DNA of 64,000 nucleotides from Dictyostelium discoideum (GCA_000004695.1 CM000151.3:352001-416000); one strand, 5' to 3'. Counted from the stretch's first letter, positions 13,067 to 24,500 are shown. Notes: generated by a model not told the origin, from the sequence alone. Translations and numbers: made by a program.

Positions 13067-14283
13067 CCAACCAAAAAAAACAGATCTTTTGCATTCGATT
13101 GTTTCAGGTTCAAATAAATTCATTCAATATATATTAGAATTAAATTCACCGGATGCAGTTTTATTTGAAAATAGTTGATACTGATTTTAAAGATTTCCAT
13201 TCCAGAGGATTTAGTAAAAACTATCCTACAAAAAAAGATCGTTTTTTCAAAGGGTTTTTATGTTATTTAAATACCATTAAAGTTGATGACAATAATAGAT
13301 CAATATTATCAATTATTAATTGGTACATCCATTCGTAATCTATATTTGGATAATTGTTTTGAAATTAATGAAAACTCAACATTAAAAACATTAATCACCA
13401 CTGCTAAATTAATTTTAAAATTAAAAACACCACCATCACAATCATCACCATCTTTAGATTTAAAAGTAAAAGAAAAAGTAGAACAAGAAAAAAAAGAAGA
13501 GGAAGAAGGAAAAAAAGAAAAGGTTTTTCCAAAATTTATAAAAAATATCAAAGCAGTTGAAACAATTGAAGAAATTGATAATTTCATAAAGAAAATTGAC
13601 AAAGTGAACTTAAAATCATTTTTAGATATTCCAATCAACTTCAGTAATAGTGATAATAATGAAATTAAAAATTTTATAAAGAAATTATTAAAATTATATT
13701 TTTCAAATTCTGATACTAAAGTATCAAAAATTTTATATTTCTGTTATTACCATGAAGAATCCAATTATGATTATAAAACTATATTCCCCTCTACTCTTCA
13801 TTTGATTGAAACTGCATTAAGATTTGGAATTTATGAAATTTTAGAACCAAAAAAAACAATGGGGTGTCATAATTTCTTACCAAAAATCGGTCAAGATTCT
13901 AATTATCAATATTATAATAGTCATCGTTATAAATTTTTATTTTCACATTGTTATGATAAAGAGAAAATGATTAAATTCATTGATCGTATAATTCAAAGAA
14001 CCATTCAACAACCTGAACCTGGATTTCAAATTTATTTCTTGTATATGCTTGTAATTCATAATGATATAGAGTTAGTAAAATACTATTCAAATAATGTTGG
14101 TAAACATCTACAAATATATTCTCCTCGGGAAATATTTCCACCAACCTATTATATCGAATCAAAAGAGATGTTAGAATATTTATTTTACAATCAATGTAAT
14201 TACTTTATAGATGTTTATTTTAAATCTTACAAAAGTTCATATTTTAAAAATTTAGAATTATTAAAACATTTCGAATTATTATT
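13067..14283 (+). pseudogene. family paralog, 5' portion (5'-truncated, frameshifted), interrupted by transposon
   Basis: Homology to 6067-paralog coordinates about 6733 onward begins near 13067. There are two overlapping frames (13153..13338 and 13283..14305). Homology ends at ...LELLKHFELLF immediately before the transposon TIR at 14284. Confidence 0.65.
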
Positions 14284-14398
14284 TGTTGTAGGGAATTTTC
14301 CATAAAATTTCACTACAGTAGCGTAGTGAATTTTATTATTTAATTTCACTACAGTAGCGTAGTGAAAAAAAAAAATCACTGACCTTAAATTTTTTTTT
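14284..14398. repeat. left TIR of Tdd-4-like element
   Basis: Reverse complement of 18012..18127, with only about 2 mismatches in the parts compared. Confidence 0.8.
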
Positions 14399-14486
14399 TT
14401 TTCAAAAAACAAATAAAGTTTATTAAATTGAAATTTTATTTTTTGTTTTAATTATTATTTTATTTATTTTTATTATAATTATTGTT

Positions 14487-14526
<40 letters not shown>

Positions 14527-14667
14527 CAATTTTTTTTTTTTAAATTTTTTTCAATTTTTATTTGTTTATTAAATTGTAATTTTATTTTTTGTTTTAATTA
14601 TTATTTTATTTATTATTATTGTTAATTTTTTTTTTTTTTCAATTTTTTTTTTTTTATTTTATTTTTA

Positions 14668-14976
14668 TTAATTTATTTTTATTAACTCCCTGAGTTGTTC
14701 AATTGCTTGATTTACCATATCACTGTAAACACTGCACACAATTGAATTTTTTCTAGCTTTGTTACCTCTGGTGCATTTGATGTTTTTGCATTTTCCTTTG
14801 TATACAAAAAAGTCCAAATATAATTCGTTTTCTATTACAGTTTTTACACAATGTTGGTGAAATTGTTTTGATTTTAATTTTAATGCTTCTAACATCATAT
14901 TTGGATTTTTAACGATTAAAGCATCACCACTATTTACATATAGTACTTTGGCTGCTTTTTCGAGGAATTTAGTCAA
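14668..14976 (-). CDS. small ORF near the transposon 3' end (possible terminal exon or second gene)
   Basis: A 102-aa ORF begins at TTG. An upstream ATG ORF (MIEELIDSIKLLRNLAIEYGNEE) lies in another frame. Confidence 0.3.
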   Translation of the reverse strand: MTKFLEKAAKVLYVNSGDALIVKNPNMMLEALKLKSKQFHQHCVKTVIENELYLDFFVYKGKCKNIKCTRGNKARKNSIVCSVYSDMVNQAIEQLRELIKIN

Positions 14977-15302
14977 ATTTTCCTCTGAATCTAACTATTC
15001 TTCATTGCCATATTCAATGGCTAAATTTCTTAAGAGTTTTATCGAATCTATTAATTCTTCGATCATTCTTTTTTTTTGAAATTTTTTTTTATTTTGTTTT
15101 TTCAATTTTTTTTTTTTATTTTGTTTTTTCAATTTTTTTTAAGTTTTATTTTTTTTTATTTTTTTTTATTTTTTTTAACAAATGTAATTTTTTTTTATTT
15201 TTTTCAATTTTTTTTTTTTTTTAATTTTTAATTTTTTTTTTTTTTTTTAATTTTTTGTGTTGATTTGTGTTTTTTTTGTTTTTTTGATTTGGCCACTTGT
15301 TT

Positions 15303-16289
15303 TTATTTTCTAATTTCCCCATACCCCCTTCTATTAATTGCAACCAAATCAAGTTCTAATTTTTGTGTCCTTGTTAACTTTGTTTTTGCAACTTTTTTTG
15401 AAGGTATCACATTAACGATTTTTCCTATTGATGGTGATTTGGAAGGTGATTTAAATGGTGATTTAAAAGGTGAATTGGAAGGTGATTTAAATGGTGAATT
15501 GGAAGGTGAAATGGATGGTGATTTGGAAGGTGATTTAAATGGTGATTTGGAAGGTGATTTAAATGGTGATTTAAATGGTGAATTGGAAGGTGAAATGGAT
15601 GGTGATTTGAGAGGTGATTTGGATGGTTTAGAATGTGATTTTAAAGGAGGTTTATTAACAATTGGTATCTTATGAGGACGGCCTCTGAGACGTTTAACAG
15701 TTGTTACTATACCACTACCAGATTGTGGTATAGTATACGATGGTATTATTTGCACTTGAGGTATTGGTGGTACTATTTCTTTTAAATTCATATCCTTTCT
15801 CAAACAATTCATTAAATTTGGCGCTGTTGGATTATTATTTAAAAATGGGAGTATTTCTTCTTGTTCCATTTCATTATTGAGTTTGTGTTGAAATGGATTA
15901 TCGTTAATGATAGGTGGAATATTTGATGGATTGTTAAGAGCATCTTCCAAAACCCTAAATGGATCATTTTGTGTTACCAATTGATGCAAGTTGAAATTGG
16001 ATAAATCCTTACCAAGATTTTTAATAAACTGAACCAGAAATTCAATAACTTTCCCATCATTATTTAAATAAAGACCAGAAGTAAAAGAATCAATATCTTT
16101 TTGTATGTTTGGCGATGTTCTAAAAATATCAACTGTTGATTGTTTATAAAGAACCAACTTGTTACCTCCTACAAAACCAGAGTATAAACCTTTTTTTTGA
16201 AGGCTATTGATTCCATCTTCCAAAAATTCAAGTTTATAAAGTTGTTTAGTGTCTTCCTGTATTACCTTATGAATTTTACACAAAATCAA
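15303..16289 (-). CDS. transposon protein C-terminal region with AT-hook and (K/F)SPxK repeats
   Basis: A 328-aa ORF carries RGRPHK (AT-hook) and about 20 SPSKSPFKSP-type repeats. The plus-strand ORF 15265..15675 (GDLEGDLNG) is its antisense. Confidence 0.5.
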   Translation of the reverse strand: MILCKIHKVIQEDTKQLYKLEFLEDGINSLQKKGLYSGFVGGNKLVLYKQSTVDIFRTSPNIQKDIDSFTSGLYLNNDGKVIEFLVQFIKNLGKDLSNFNLHQLVTQNDPFRVLEDALNNPSNIPPIINDNPFQHKLNNEMEQEEILPFLNNNPTAPNLMNCLRKDMNLKEIVPPIPQVQIIPSYTIPQSGSGIVTTVKRLRGRPHKIPIVNKPPLKSHSKPSKSPLKSPSISPSNSPFKSPFKSPSKSPFKSPSKSPSISPSNSPFKSPSNSPFKSPFKSPSKSPSIGKIVNVIPSKKVAKTKLTRTQKLELDLVAINRRGYGEIRK

Positions 16290-16359
16290 TATTTTCTATT
16301 AGAATTAAATATAAAATTTGTTAATTATTACTGTTTCATATATTATTAATCTTTATGTT

Positions 16360-16629
16360 TTAATTACTTACATTATTTTTTTTAATTTCTAGAAAGAGTA
16401 CAGTATCACCAACTTTCAATCCCTTTGGTGGTTTTGAATTCCATTGATTTTGGTAACTTGTGAGATTTTCAAGAATAATAGCTGTTCTTTCTTCTTTTGA
16501 AACATCTGAAACACCAATTGATTGAGAGTCTTGTTCTGATTGAACATTAATAAACAAAGGAACAATACCAACAGCTTGAGATGGTTTCATTTTAATTGTT
16601 CTTGTTTTTGTATTATTGTAATCATACAA
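16360..16629 (-). CDS. transposon integrase exon: C-terminal domain
   Basis: The frame is continuous with upstream exons after a short AT-rich intron. It contains KVGDTVLFLE, an SH3-like integrase C-terminal motif. Confidence 0.45.
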   Translation of the reverse strand: MYDYNNTKTRTIKMKPSQAVGIVPLFINVQSEQDSQSIGVSDVSKEERTAIILENLTSYQNQWNSKPPKGLKVGDTVLFLEIKKNNVSN

Positions 16630-16703
16630 AGCTTGTTTTAATAGTTCAGAAAGAGACCTAGAAGTACCATCAAGAAAACTAAAATTTATTTATAAATGAT
16701 TAA

Positions 16704-17247
16704 TTAATAAACATATCGATAATTTATATTGTTCACAATATCATACTCTTGTTGTTTTAATTTTGAGATCCTCTCCTTGATAGTTCGATTCAATCTTTCT
16801 ACCATACCTTGAGTTGTTGGTGTACGAGGAGCTCCATGTGCTGACTTGGAGCCTGGAAAAAGTTTTAGGAATTCTTTTTGGACTTTGTTTTTAAATTCAC
16901 GTCCATTATCGCAGTGCCATACTTTCACAGGTTTGCCAAAGTACGTGAGAGCCAAAAAATTGTATATGGGAACTGTTCTCTTTGTTGTCAAACATCTAAA
17001 AAATAAATGATAATTAAAATAAAAAAAGAAAACTAATAAATTAATAAATAAAAAATAAATACCTTCCAGTAGCAAATTTTGTAAAAGAATCTATGCATAG
17101 AATAATGTAAACAACATCGGTGTCGTACGGTTGTACAGAGTCATATTGGATAAGATCATCTAGTTTAGTTAGTATCTTTTCATTATCATCATCGTATGTA
17201 ACTTTTTCTTTATGTTCACCTTTAATTGATGTTAAATCATAAACCAA
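16704..17247 (-). CDS. transposon integrase exons: rve catalytic core
   Basis: 17041..17247 reads ...DVVYIILCIDSFTKFATGR (first D). 16704..17075 reads ...VWHCDNGREFKN...HGAPRTPTTQGMVERLNRTIKERI (second D and the E of the DDE). The overlapping ORFs imply an intron of about 30 nt or a frame junction near 17041-17075. Confidence 0.65.
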
Positions 17248-17350
17248 TCTTGAGTATTCCTCGGTATCTACAATTGGAGCAAAATCCTTTGTTATACCTA
17301 TTAATTTATTTAAATTATTAAAAGAGTTTTAATATAAAAGTTACAAAACA

Positions 17351-17596
17351 TCATATAAAAATGATTGATACCAAACCTTTTATTCTATTTCGTTGGCAAA
17401 TGTCACACGTATCTACTGCATCAGATACAAAAGAATACAATCCCATATTATAATATTTAGTCTTGTAGTTCCCATAGGTTGCATCTCTTCCTATATGACC
17501 TTTATGCATTTCTTCCCAGAGTGATACCATTCTATAATCATTAATTACTTCTAAACACACTTCTTTTGATATATTTCTATCTCCGCCACAATTCAT
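17351..17596 (-). CDS. transposon integrase exon: N-terminal HHCC zinc-binding region
   Basis: ATG at 17596. The exon reads ...WEEMHKGHIGRDATYGNYKTKYY...VDTCDICQRNRIKG (H-x3-H...C-x2-C). Confidence 0.6.
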   Translation of the reverse strand: MNCGGDRNISKEVCLEVINDYRMVSLWEEMHKGHIGRDATYGNYKTKYYNMGLYSFVSDAVDTCDICQRNRIKGLVSIIFI

Positions 17597-17815
17597 GACT
17601 TTTTTTTCAATTCTAAATAATTTTTCTTTTCTGTTTCTGTTTTTTATTGGTCAGAATTTAAAAAATGATTGTGTTATTGTAAGGAAAAATATTTACTCAT
17701 CATGTAAAAATTTATAATTTTTATGTTTAGTATTTTCAAAATTATTATCTTCAATAAATTTTAAATAATTTATAATTTCATTTATTTTATCTTGTTTCAT
17801 TTTGGGAAAATGAAA

Positions 17816-17850
<35 letters not shown>

Positions 17851-18011
17851 TGTTGGGGAAAAAAAAAAAAAGTTTTGGCGCAAAAAAAAAAAAAAAAATA
17901 AAATAAAAAAAAAAAAAAATAAAATAAAAAAAAAAAAAAATAAAAAAACTTATATAGAACTAATAATCAAATAAAAGATAATAATTTAATAAACTTTATT
18001 TGTTTTTTGAA

Positions 18012-18127
18012 AAAAAAAAAATTTAGGGTCAGTGATTTTTTTTTTTCACTACGCTACTGTAGTGAAATTAAATAATAAAATTCACTACGCTACTGTAGTG
18101 AAATTTTATTGAAAATTCCCTACAACA
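18012..18127. repeat. right TIR of Tdd-4-like element
   Basis: See the left TIR. Confidence 0.8.
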
Positions 18128-19153
18128 TTATTGGATATATCAAAATCAGTAAATCAATTGGGTGATAGTTGTGGTGGTAGTATTGGTATTTGTAGTGGTA
18201 GAGGTATTCATTCTTCTAATGGTCTTGTTAGCTTAATAAAAGGTATAACCTTTGGAATTGGTAGTAATGATTTTTTCGACTTTAAAAGAAATAAGAATTA
18301 TGCAGATTTTGCAAAACACTTTGCTTCAAATCCACAAATTTACAATAGTGATAAATTAGATCACAATGAATTGTTTTTATTATTCACTACTGCTGTATCA
18401 TCATCATCATCATCATTTTCATCTAAAATTCCAATTCACTTTGAAACATTAAGAAATTTATTAATTAATGCAAAAGCTTTTGGAAGAAAACCAATCATTG
18501 AAAGAACAAAACCAACACCCATACAATGCCATTATTCAAAAGAATATTTAAAATTTTTGGATTGGATGTATATAAATTATAATAATGGAATTGAAGATCA
18601 AGATCAATTCTTAGGTATGATTAAAGAAAGATATAAACACCATTTACTTATTACAATTGATAGATTAAATCTTAACAATAACAATTATTTTGATGGTAAT
18701 GAAGAAGGAGATACAATTTATATTGAAAGATTAGGTTTCTTAACAAATGATGTCATACGTTTCACCCCATATTTATATGAAATTAATAATTTTAAATTTT
18801 TAAATTGGTTTTTAACAATCATTCAAAAACATCACAATTCTATGCCAACAACCGAACATCATATTTTATGTATTAAAGAAATGATTTACACATTTATGGA
18901 ATATATTATATCAAATTCAAAATTAGAAATACTTGAATACATTCATCAAAATTTTCATTTCATTTTAAATAAAAAATCAAATGGTGGAATATTAAATATT
19001 AAAGATTTGAAATCTTTTTTAATTTCATCACTTAATAGAGGTTCAATTAAAATTTCTAAATTCCTTTTTCAATTCATTACCATCACTAAAAATGAATTTG
19101 AAAAAAATTTAAATGAAAAAACAAAATCTTATTTTAAAAATATGTTAGAATAA
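18128..19153 (+). pseudogene. family paralog, 3' portion downstream of transposon insertion
   Basis: It resumes at the TSD copy and is colinear with the C-terminal third of the paralogs (...GLVSLIKG...FASNPQIY...TPYLYEINNFKFLNWFLTII...), ending at the stop at 19151-19153. Confidence 0.7.
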
Positions 19154-19321
19154 ATAAAAATAAATAGTACTTTAAAAAAAAAAAAAAAAGGGAAGATTTA
19201 TCATAGACTTTTATTATTTTTTTAATATTAAAATTTTATTATTTTTTTAAAAAAATACTGTAATATAATAATAAAAATAAACATTTTTTGAATAAAAAAA
19301 AAAAAAATAAAAAAATAAAAA

Positions 19322-19430
19322 AAATCAAATCGAATCAAATCAAATCAAATCAAATCAAATCAAATCAAATCAAATCGAATCAAATCAAATCAAACCAAAC
19401 CAAATCAAACCAAATTAAATACAATTAAAT
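19322..19430. repeat. (AAATC)n microsatellite of about 20 units
   Basis: caaatcaaatcaaatc... is visible in the sequence. Confidence 0.9.
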
Positions 19431-19441
19431 CAATTTAAATT

Positions 19442-19485
<44 letters not shown>

Positions 19486-19699
19486 TCACATTGGGATACC
19501 AGAGTTTCTTTTTAAATTTACTTCAATGATAAAAATGAATTTGAAAAATTAAACTTTTTAAATAAATTTAATTATAATAATATTATAAAAAAAAAACAAA
19601 CAAGTTTTAATATTATTTAAAAAAAAAAAAAAAAATATTTTCACAAAAATAAACTTTTTTTTTCTTATTTATTTATTTCAACAAAATAATATACACTTC

Positions 19700-20239
19700 A
19701 TATAAATGAAACCAGTAAAATTGTTATTAAGAAACATAGTATTTGAAATATTGCTTAAAAATTTTTGCATTCTTGTTTTTTGATTTTTAGTAACGGATAT
19801 TAAATCATATACAACTAATAAAGAAACCTATTATAATATATTTAATTAAAAACAATTATAAGTTTTTTTTTTTTATTTATTTTTTTTATTTATTTATTTT
19901 TTTTTTTATTTATTTTTTTTTTTTTTTTTTTTTTCTTTAATTTTTTTTAAAAAGACATAAAAATAGTCAATGAAGATTTAAAATGAGATTCATAATCACA
20001 ACAATAATAGTTTTTTAATATAATTTAAAGGTGGATAGTATTGTGGAAGAATAGATTTGGGTGGTGGTTGTATATTTGGTGAATATTGTGTGGCTACAAT
20101 TGGTTTAACTTGAGACGAAAATGTTTGGTCATAGTGTGAATCAAATTTTTCAAGTGGAGGAGTATATGTTGTATTTATTTACATTGTTCGAGTAAATATT
20201 ATTATTAATATTATTACTATTATTATTATTATTATTATA

Positions 20240-20290
<51 letters not shown>
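19700..20290 (-). pseudogene. degenerate third copy of small tail-anchored protein gene (see 23531..23858)
   Basis: DNA homology to both exons of the 23.5-kb and 24.9-kb copies. There is no ATG, and the tail exon frame (LLKIKKQECKNF*) is broken. Confidence 0.5.
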
Positions 20291-20298
<8 letters not shown>

Positions 20299-20544
20299 TA
20301 TTATCTTTTGGGTAAAAAAAAAATAAAAAAAAAAAAAAAAAAAAAAATTTTATTGTGCTTATTATTAAATTTAAATGATATAATATAATTTAATTATCTT
20401 TATATTTAATCCATGGATTTAAAATAAAGATAATTAAAATATGCAATTGATTTTATAAAACATAATACGAAAGTAATAAAAAGAAATTTGGTTATTTTTT
20501 ATTTTTTTTGGCGATATTTTAGCTGACAACAATTTTGTTTTAAA

Positions 20545-20576
<32 letters not shown>

Positions 20577-20742
20577 TGGCATGGGACTTATGTCTGCCAA
20601 AATTACCATATTAATTTCAGCAGCCATATTAATTTTGGCATGGGACTAATGTCTGCCAAAATTACCGTATTAATTCCAGCAGTCATATTAATTTCAGCAT
20701 GTACATAGCAGCCAAAATTAATATGGTAATTTTGGCATAGAA
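20577..20742. repeat. GC-richer foldback/MITE-like element (two direct 60-bp units plus inverted 20-mer)
   Basis: Units at 20577-20636 and 20637-20696 share tggcatgggact(t/a)atgtctgccaaaattacc.tattaatt. An exact 20-nt inverted repeat ccaaaattaccatattaatt (20596-20615) pairs with aattaatatggtaattttgg (20716-20735). The element is flanked by poly(T) and poly(A). Confidence 0.6.
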
Positions 20743-21066
20743 AAAAAAAAGTCAAAGTCATTTAATTAATAATCATCTCAAATATAAACAAAATTTTAGT
20801 ACTAAAATTATTATTATTATTATTTTTATTATAATAATTATAATAATAAAAAAAAAAAAAAAAAAATTTTCATATTATTTTATTTATATCTTTTATTTAT
20901 TTTTATCTTTTTATTTTTATTATTAATTTTATAATTTATTTTCATTTCTTTTTTTTTAGTTGATATATATTTTTTTATTATTCATTTATGTCCACAGCTC
21001 ACAAAAAAAAAAATTAAAATAAAAAAAAATAAAATAAAAAAAAAAAAAAAAAATAATTTTTTTTTT

Positions 21067-21739
21067 TTAATTATTGGCTCTTCTACTAACTCTTTTGTTA
21101 CTAACAGATGAAGTTTCGTTTGAAAATCTTTTGGTGAAAAAATCAGCATCAGATTGTAATTGATTAGCTCTTTTTTTACCCGTTTTGTTTTTGTTTGATT
21201 GAGTTGTGATTCCACCATTATTGGAAGTTGTTGCAGCTTCATGTGTTGATCTAACTTCGGTGGTAGAGTGCTCGATTGCTTTTTCAACTAGGTCATCTTT
21301 TGATTTTCTTTTGGTTATTTCGATATCCCTTTGCAATTTATTTTTACTTGAGAGTTTGGTGGCCTCTATTCTAGAAGTAGGCTCAGTATTGTAATAAGCT
21401 TTTATAATAGCAGAATGATTATCTGCTTTATAATGATTACTGATGTGCTGTTGACACTGGTTTTGATTAATCATATGAGAGACCATCTTCATCTTTGTTA
21501 AGCCTAACCTTCTCTATAATCTTCACTAAGTCTTTTGAATTTTTGGGTACCAATTTTTTCTTTTTATCTTTATCAATATAAAACACTTCTTTAATAGTTG
21601 CCGTACCATATTCTACATTCTCAACAACATACTGTTTATCCAAAATGTTTTTCCAATAGCTTATATTTGGTCCACTCAATTTGGTATTATGAAATTTATA
21701 ATCTATTTTAAATTTTACATCTTCATCATATTTTTTCAA
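21067..21739 (-). CDS. hypothetical protein gene (two overlapping frames; start unresolved)
   Basis: ORF 21467..21739 begins at TTG with no in-frame ATG. ORF 21067..21492 begins at a true ATG and overlaps the first by 26 nt in another frame. This may be a frameshift, an unrecognised intron, or a pseudogene. The region is lysine/serine-rich. Confidence 0.35.
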
Positions 21740-22199
21740 AAGTTTTTTTAATTTATTATTATTATTTTTTTCAATTTCTGTTGCAGATTATTTAATTTAT
21801 TGTTTCACTGTAGACCATTTTTTGGAACGAAAACTTTAAAAAAATAAAAAAAAAAATACTTTTTAATTTTTTTAATTTTTTTTTTTATATTTTTTTTTTT
21901 TATATTTTTTTTTTTTATATTTTTTTTTTTTAAATTTTTTTTTTTTAATTTTTATTATTGGTATGGTAATTAAAAATCTTATTTTTACTATTTTTTGAAA
22001 GTTAAAAATAAAAAAAATAAAAAAATATGGAAGAATAAAAACAAAAATTAAAACAAAAACAAAAACAAAAACAAACAAAAACAAAAAAAAAATATTTTTG
22101 AGCTATTAATTTAACAAATTCACTAAATAATTTATTTTTATCGAATTTAAATATTAATGAATATAATTGTAATTTAAAAATATTATTTATAATTAAATT

Positions 22200-22560
22200 A
22201 AATATGAATTTTAATTGTTCGGCACTACTTAAATTAATTTTATAATGTCTAATTCATGTTAATGGTGATGAAACTATATTATCAAATAAATATTGATTAA
22301 TTGAAATTGTTTCATAATAATATGATTTCAAGTTATTTTTACAATCATCAATGTATAAACAATGAAATCACTATCATATAAATATAAATGTTTAATTGAT
22401 TTATTTTTAATAAATTTAAAAAAGTATTGATACTAAATAAACCATAACAATCAAATTCAATTCTTTCAATTGATGTATTTAATTCTGAAAATAATGGTTT
22501 AAATTAATTTGAAATGTTTTCTTTAGTTTCATTAATTTCCTTTATATTATACCTGGATCT
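22200..22560. repeat. interspersed repeat 'R' (about 350 bp)
   Basis: The left half recurs at 58890..58990 (ataatgtctaatt.atgttaatggtga.gaaa.tatatt.tcaaataaatattgattaattg). The right half recurs at 60100..60250 (caattgatgtatttaatt.tgaaaataatggtttaaa.taatttgaaa). Confidence 0.6.
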
Positions 22561-23040
22561 TCTTCTTCACTATCATCACTTTCTTCCAAGATATCATAAA
22601 TACTACCAGTTTCTCCATTACTCAAGGATGATATTTTAACATTTTTTAAAGATTTACTTGAAATCAATGAATTGATCATTTTTTTTAATTCTGATTTCAT
22701 ATTCTTGAATATTAATTGGGCAAAGTCTAACTCTTTTCCTTCTGATACACCAAATAATATATTATTTAATTCAATAGGAAATTTAATTGAATGTAAATTT
22801 TAAAATTGACCAATTTTCATTTGATTTCCTGGTTCGGCAATTTGAGCTATATTCAATCTATTTTTAATTTTAATTGATTCAATATGTTGACCTGCCATAT
22901 CTGGGTTAAACATTGGAGTTAGATTTACATGTGTTGGGGAACCACAAGCTACATCAGATCCATCATAAATTAAATTTTTACATTTATAAAATTTTAATAT
23001 TTTTAATGTATTTTTATCATGTATCATTTCAGAATTAAAA
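22560..23040 (-). CDS. hypothetical gene or pseudogene 3' region (acidic/Ser-rich C-terminus), paralog fragment at 60260..60345
   Basis: ORF 22800..23027 and a second frame encode ...KKMINSLISSKSLKNVKISSLSNGETGSIYDILEESDDSEEEDPG. A homologous C-terminal exon (..EMMNSLISSKSLK...GSDDYCDDEKK*) lies on the minus strand at 60260-60420. Confidence 0.35.
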
Positions 23041-23530
23041 CCAAATATTAATAAATTATTAAATTGAAATCCTTTTTTATATAGAATTATTAAAAAAAAT
23101 AAAAAATAAAAAATAAAAAATAAAAAAAAATAAAAAAATAAAATTAAAAAATAAAATTAAAAAATAAAATAAATTAATGAATGTTTTATTTTATTTTACA
23201 TATAACAATAAATTTTTTTTTTATTTTTTTTTTTAATTAGTCAAAGGCTTTTAAAAAAAAAAAAAAAAAATTAAATAAAAAATTTGATTAATAACTATAT
23301 GTTGATGAAGCTCCTGCAGAAGAAATAATTAATATTAAAAACAAAACCATGGAAATAATAAACAAAACAATTGAAGCAGTGGCTAGAGTTTTTGCATTCT
23401 TGTTTTTTGATTTTAAGTATCTGATATTAATTAACCATATACAAGAAAAAAAGAAACCTTTTATAAATGTATTAAATTATAATAATAATTAGTAGTTTTT
23501 TTTTTTTTTTTTTTTTTATAAAAGACATAC

Positions 23531-23858
23531 CAATAATAAAAATAATTAATGAAGAATTAAAATGAGACTCATCATCATCAGCACTAATAGTTTTATTTAC
23601 ATTTGGAGGTGGATAGTATTGTGGAGATTGAAGAACAATTTTTGGTGGTTGCGTTTCTAATGAATATTGTGCGGCTATAATAGGTTTGATTTGTGGTGAA
23701 AATGTTTGGTCATAGTGTGAATCTAATTTTTTTTCAATTTGAGGAGTATATGTTGTATTTACATTGTTAAAGTAAATATTATCATTAATATTATTATTTA
23801 AATTTTGGTTATGAGATGAAGAATTTTCTTCATTTAATTGAATATAATCTGTTCCCAT
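23531..23858 (-). CDS. small Pro/Asn-rich protein, exon 1 (paralog A); putative tail-anchor exon downstream at about 23288..23392
   Basis: ATG at 23858 starts MGTDYIQLNEENSS...PPKIVLQSPQYYPPPN...DDDESHFNSSLIIFIIG, followed by a GTATGT donor at 23530. The downstream exon encodes YLKSKNKNAKTLATASIVLFIISMVLFLILIISSAGASSTYSY* (TM helix), but the splice phase to it is not resolved. Confidence 0.5.
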
Positions 23859-24349
23859 TTTAATTGATTAAGCAGGAAATTAAAATTTAAAATTTAAATA
23901 AAAATTTTAGATTGGAAAATTAAAAAAACAACGTAGCACTTTTTTTCTAGTAGTCTAGAAAAAAAAAAAAAAAAGAAAAAAAAATTTAAATTAAAAACAA
24001 TTTTTTTTTAAAAAGACAAATTTGCAGGTTCTTTGATTTTTGAGAAAAAAAATTTTATTCAATCAGTTCCTTAATAAAAAAAAAAAAAAAAAAAATTAAT
24101 TAATTTTTTTAATTTTTTTTAATTTTTTTTATTTTATGGCGATAATAAGAATGACGATTCAAAAAATTAGAAATTTTTTTTTTTTTTAAGAAAAAATGAT
24201 TGATGGGAATGAAACATTTAAAAAAAAAAAAAAAACGAAAGATAGTTTTTTTTTTTTTTTTTAATTTTTTTTTGGCTGATATTTTGTTTTCCAAGAATAT
24301 TGTAATAAAGATACGATTTTTAAAAGTTGATAAATTAATAAAAAAAAAA

Positions 24350-24500
24350 AAAATGGATAGAGATAAAAATAATAATAATAAAATTAATAATAATTTTTTG
24401 AAAAATAAAAATGAAACTTTTATCGAAGAAAACAATGAATAGAAAAAAGGATTTGTAATCAAATAAAGAGATTTAAATAAATTTTATAATATGCCAACAA
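24350..24500 (+). pseudogene. decayed 5' fragment of a family paralog
   Basis: ATGGATAGAGATAAAAAT (MDRDKN, the family start also at 37391 and 49343) is followed by ...FLKNKNETFIEENNE and a stop-ridden remnant of the SAP-like motif. Confidence 0.45.

Larger units (their letters stand above)
14284..18127 (-). mobile_element. Tdd-4-like DNA transposon (3844 bp) with rve-integrase gene
   Basis: Terminal inverted repeats of about 115 bp are nearly perfect (14284..14398 versus the reverse complement of 18012..18127). Each contains two copies of the palindromic TTTCACTACAGTAGCGTAGTGAA. A 5-bp direct repeat TTATT flanks the element (14279-14283 and 18128-18132), and the interrupted host gene resumes exactly after it. 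The internal minus-strand ORFs encode an HHCC zinc finger, an rve DDE core, a C-terminal domain, and a tail with AT-hook and SPKK repeats. Confidence 0.8.

Noticed and set aside
15265-15675. Plus-strand ORF (GDLEGDLNG)n
   Set aside because: It is antisense to the SPxK/AT-hook repeat region of the transposon protein 15303..16289, which has a non-repetitive N-terminal 200 aa on the minus strand.
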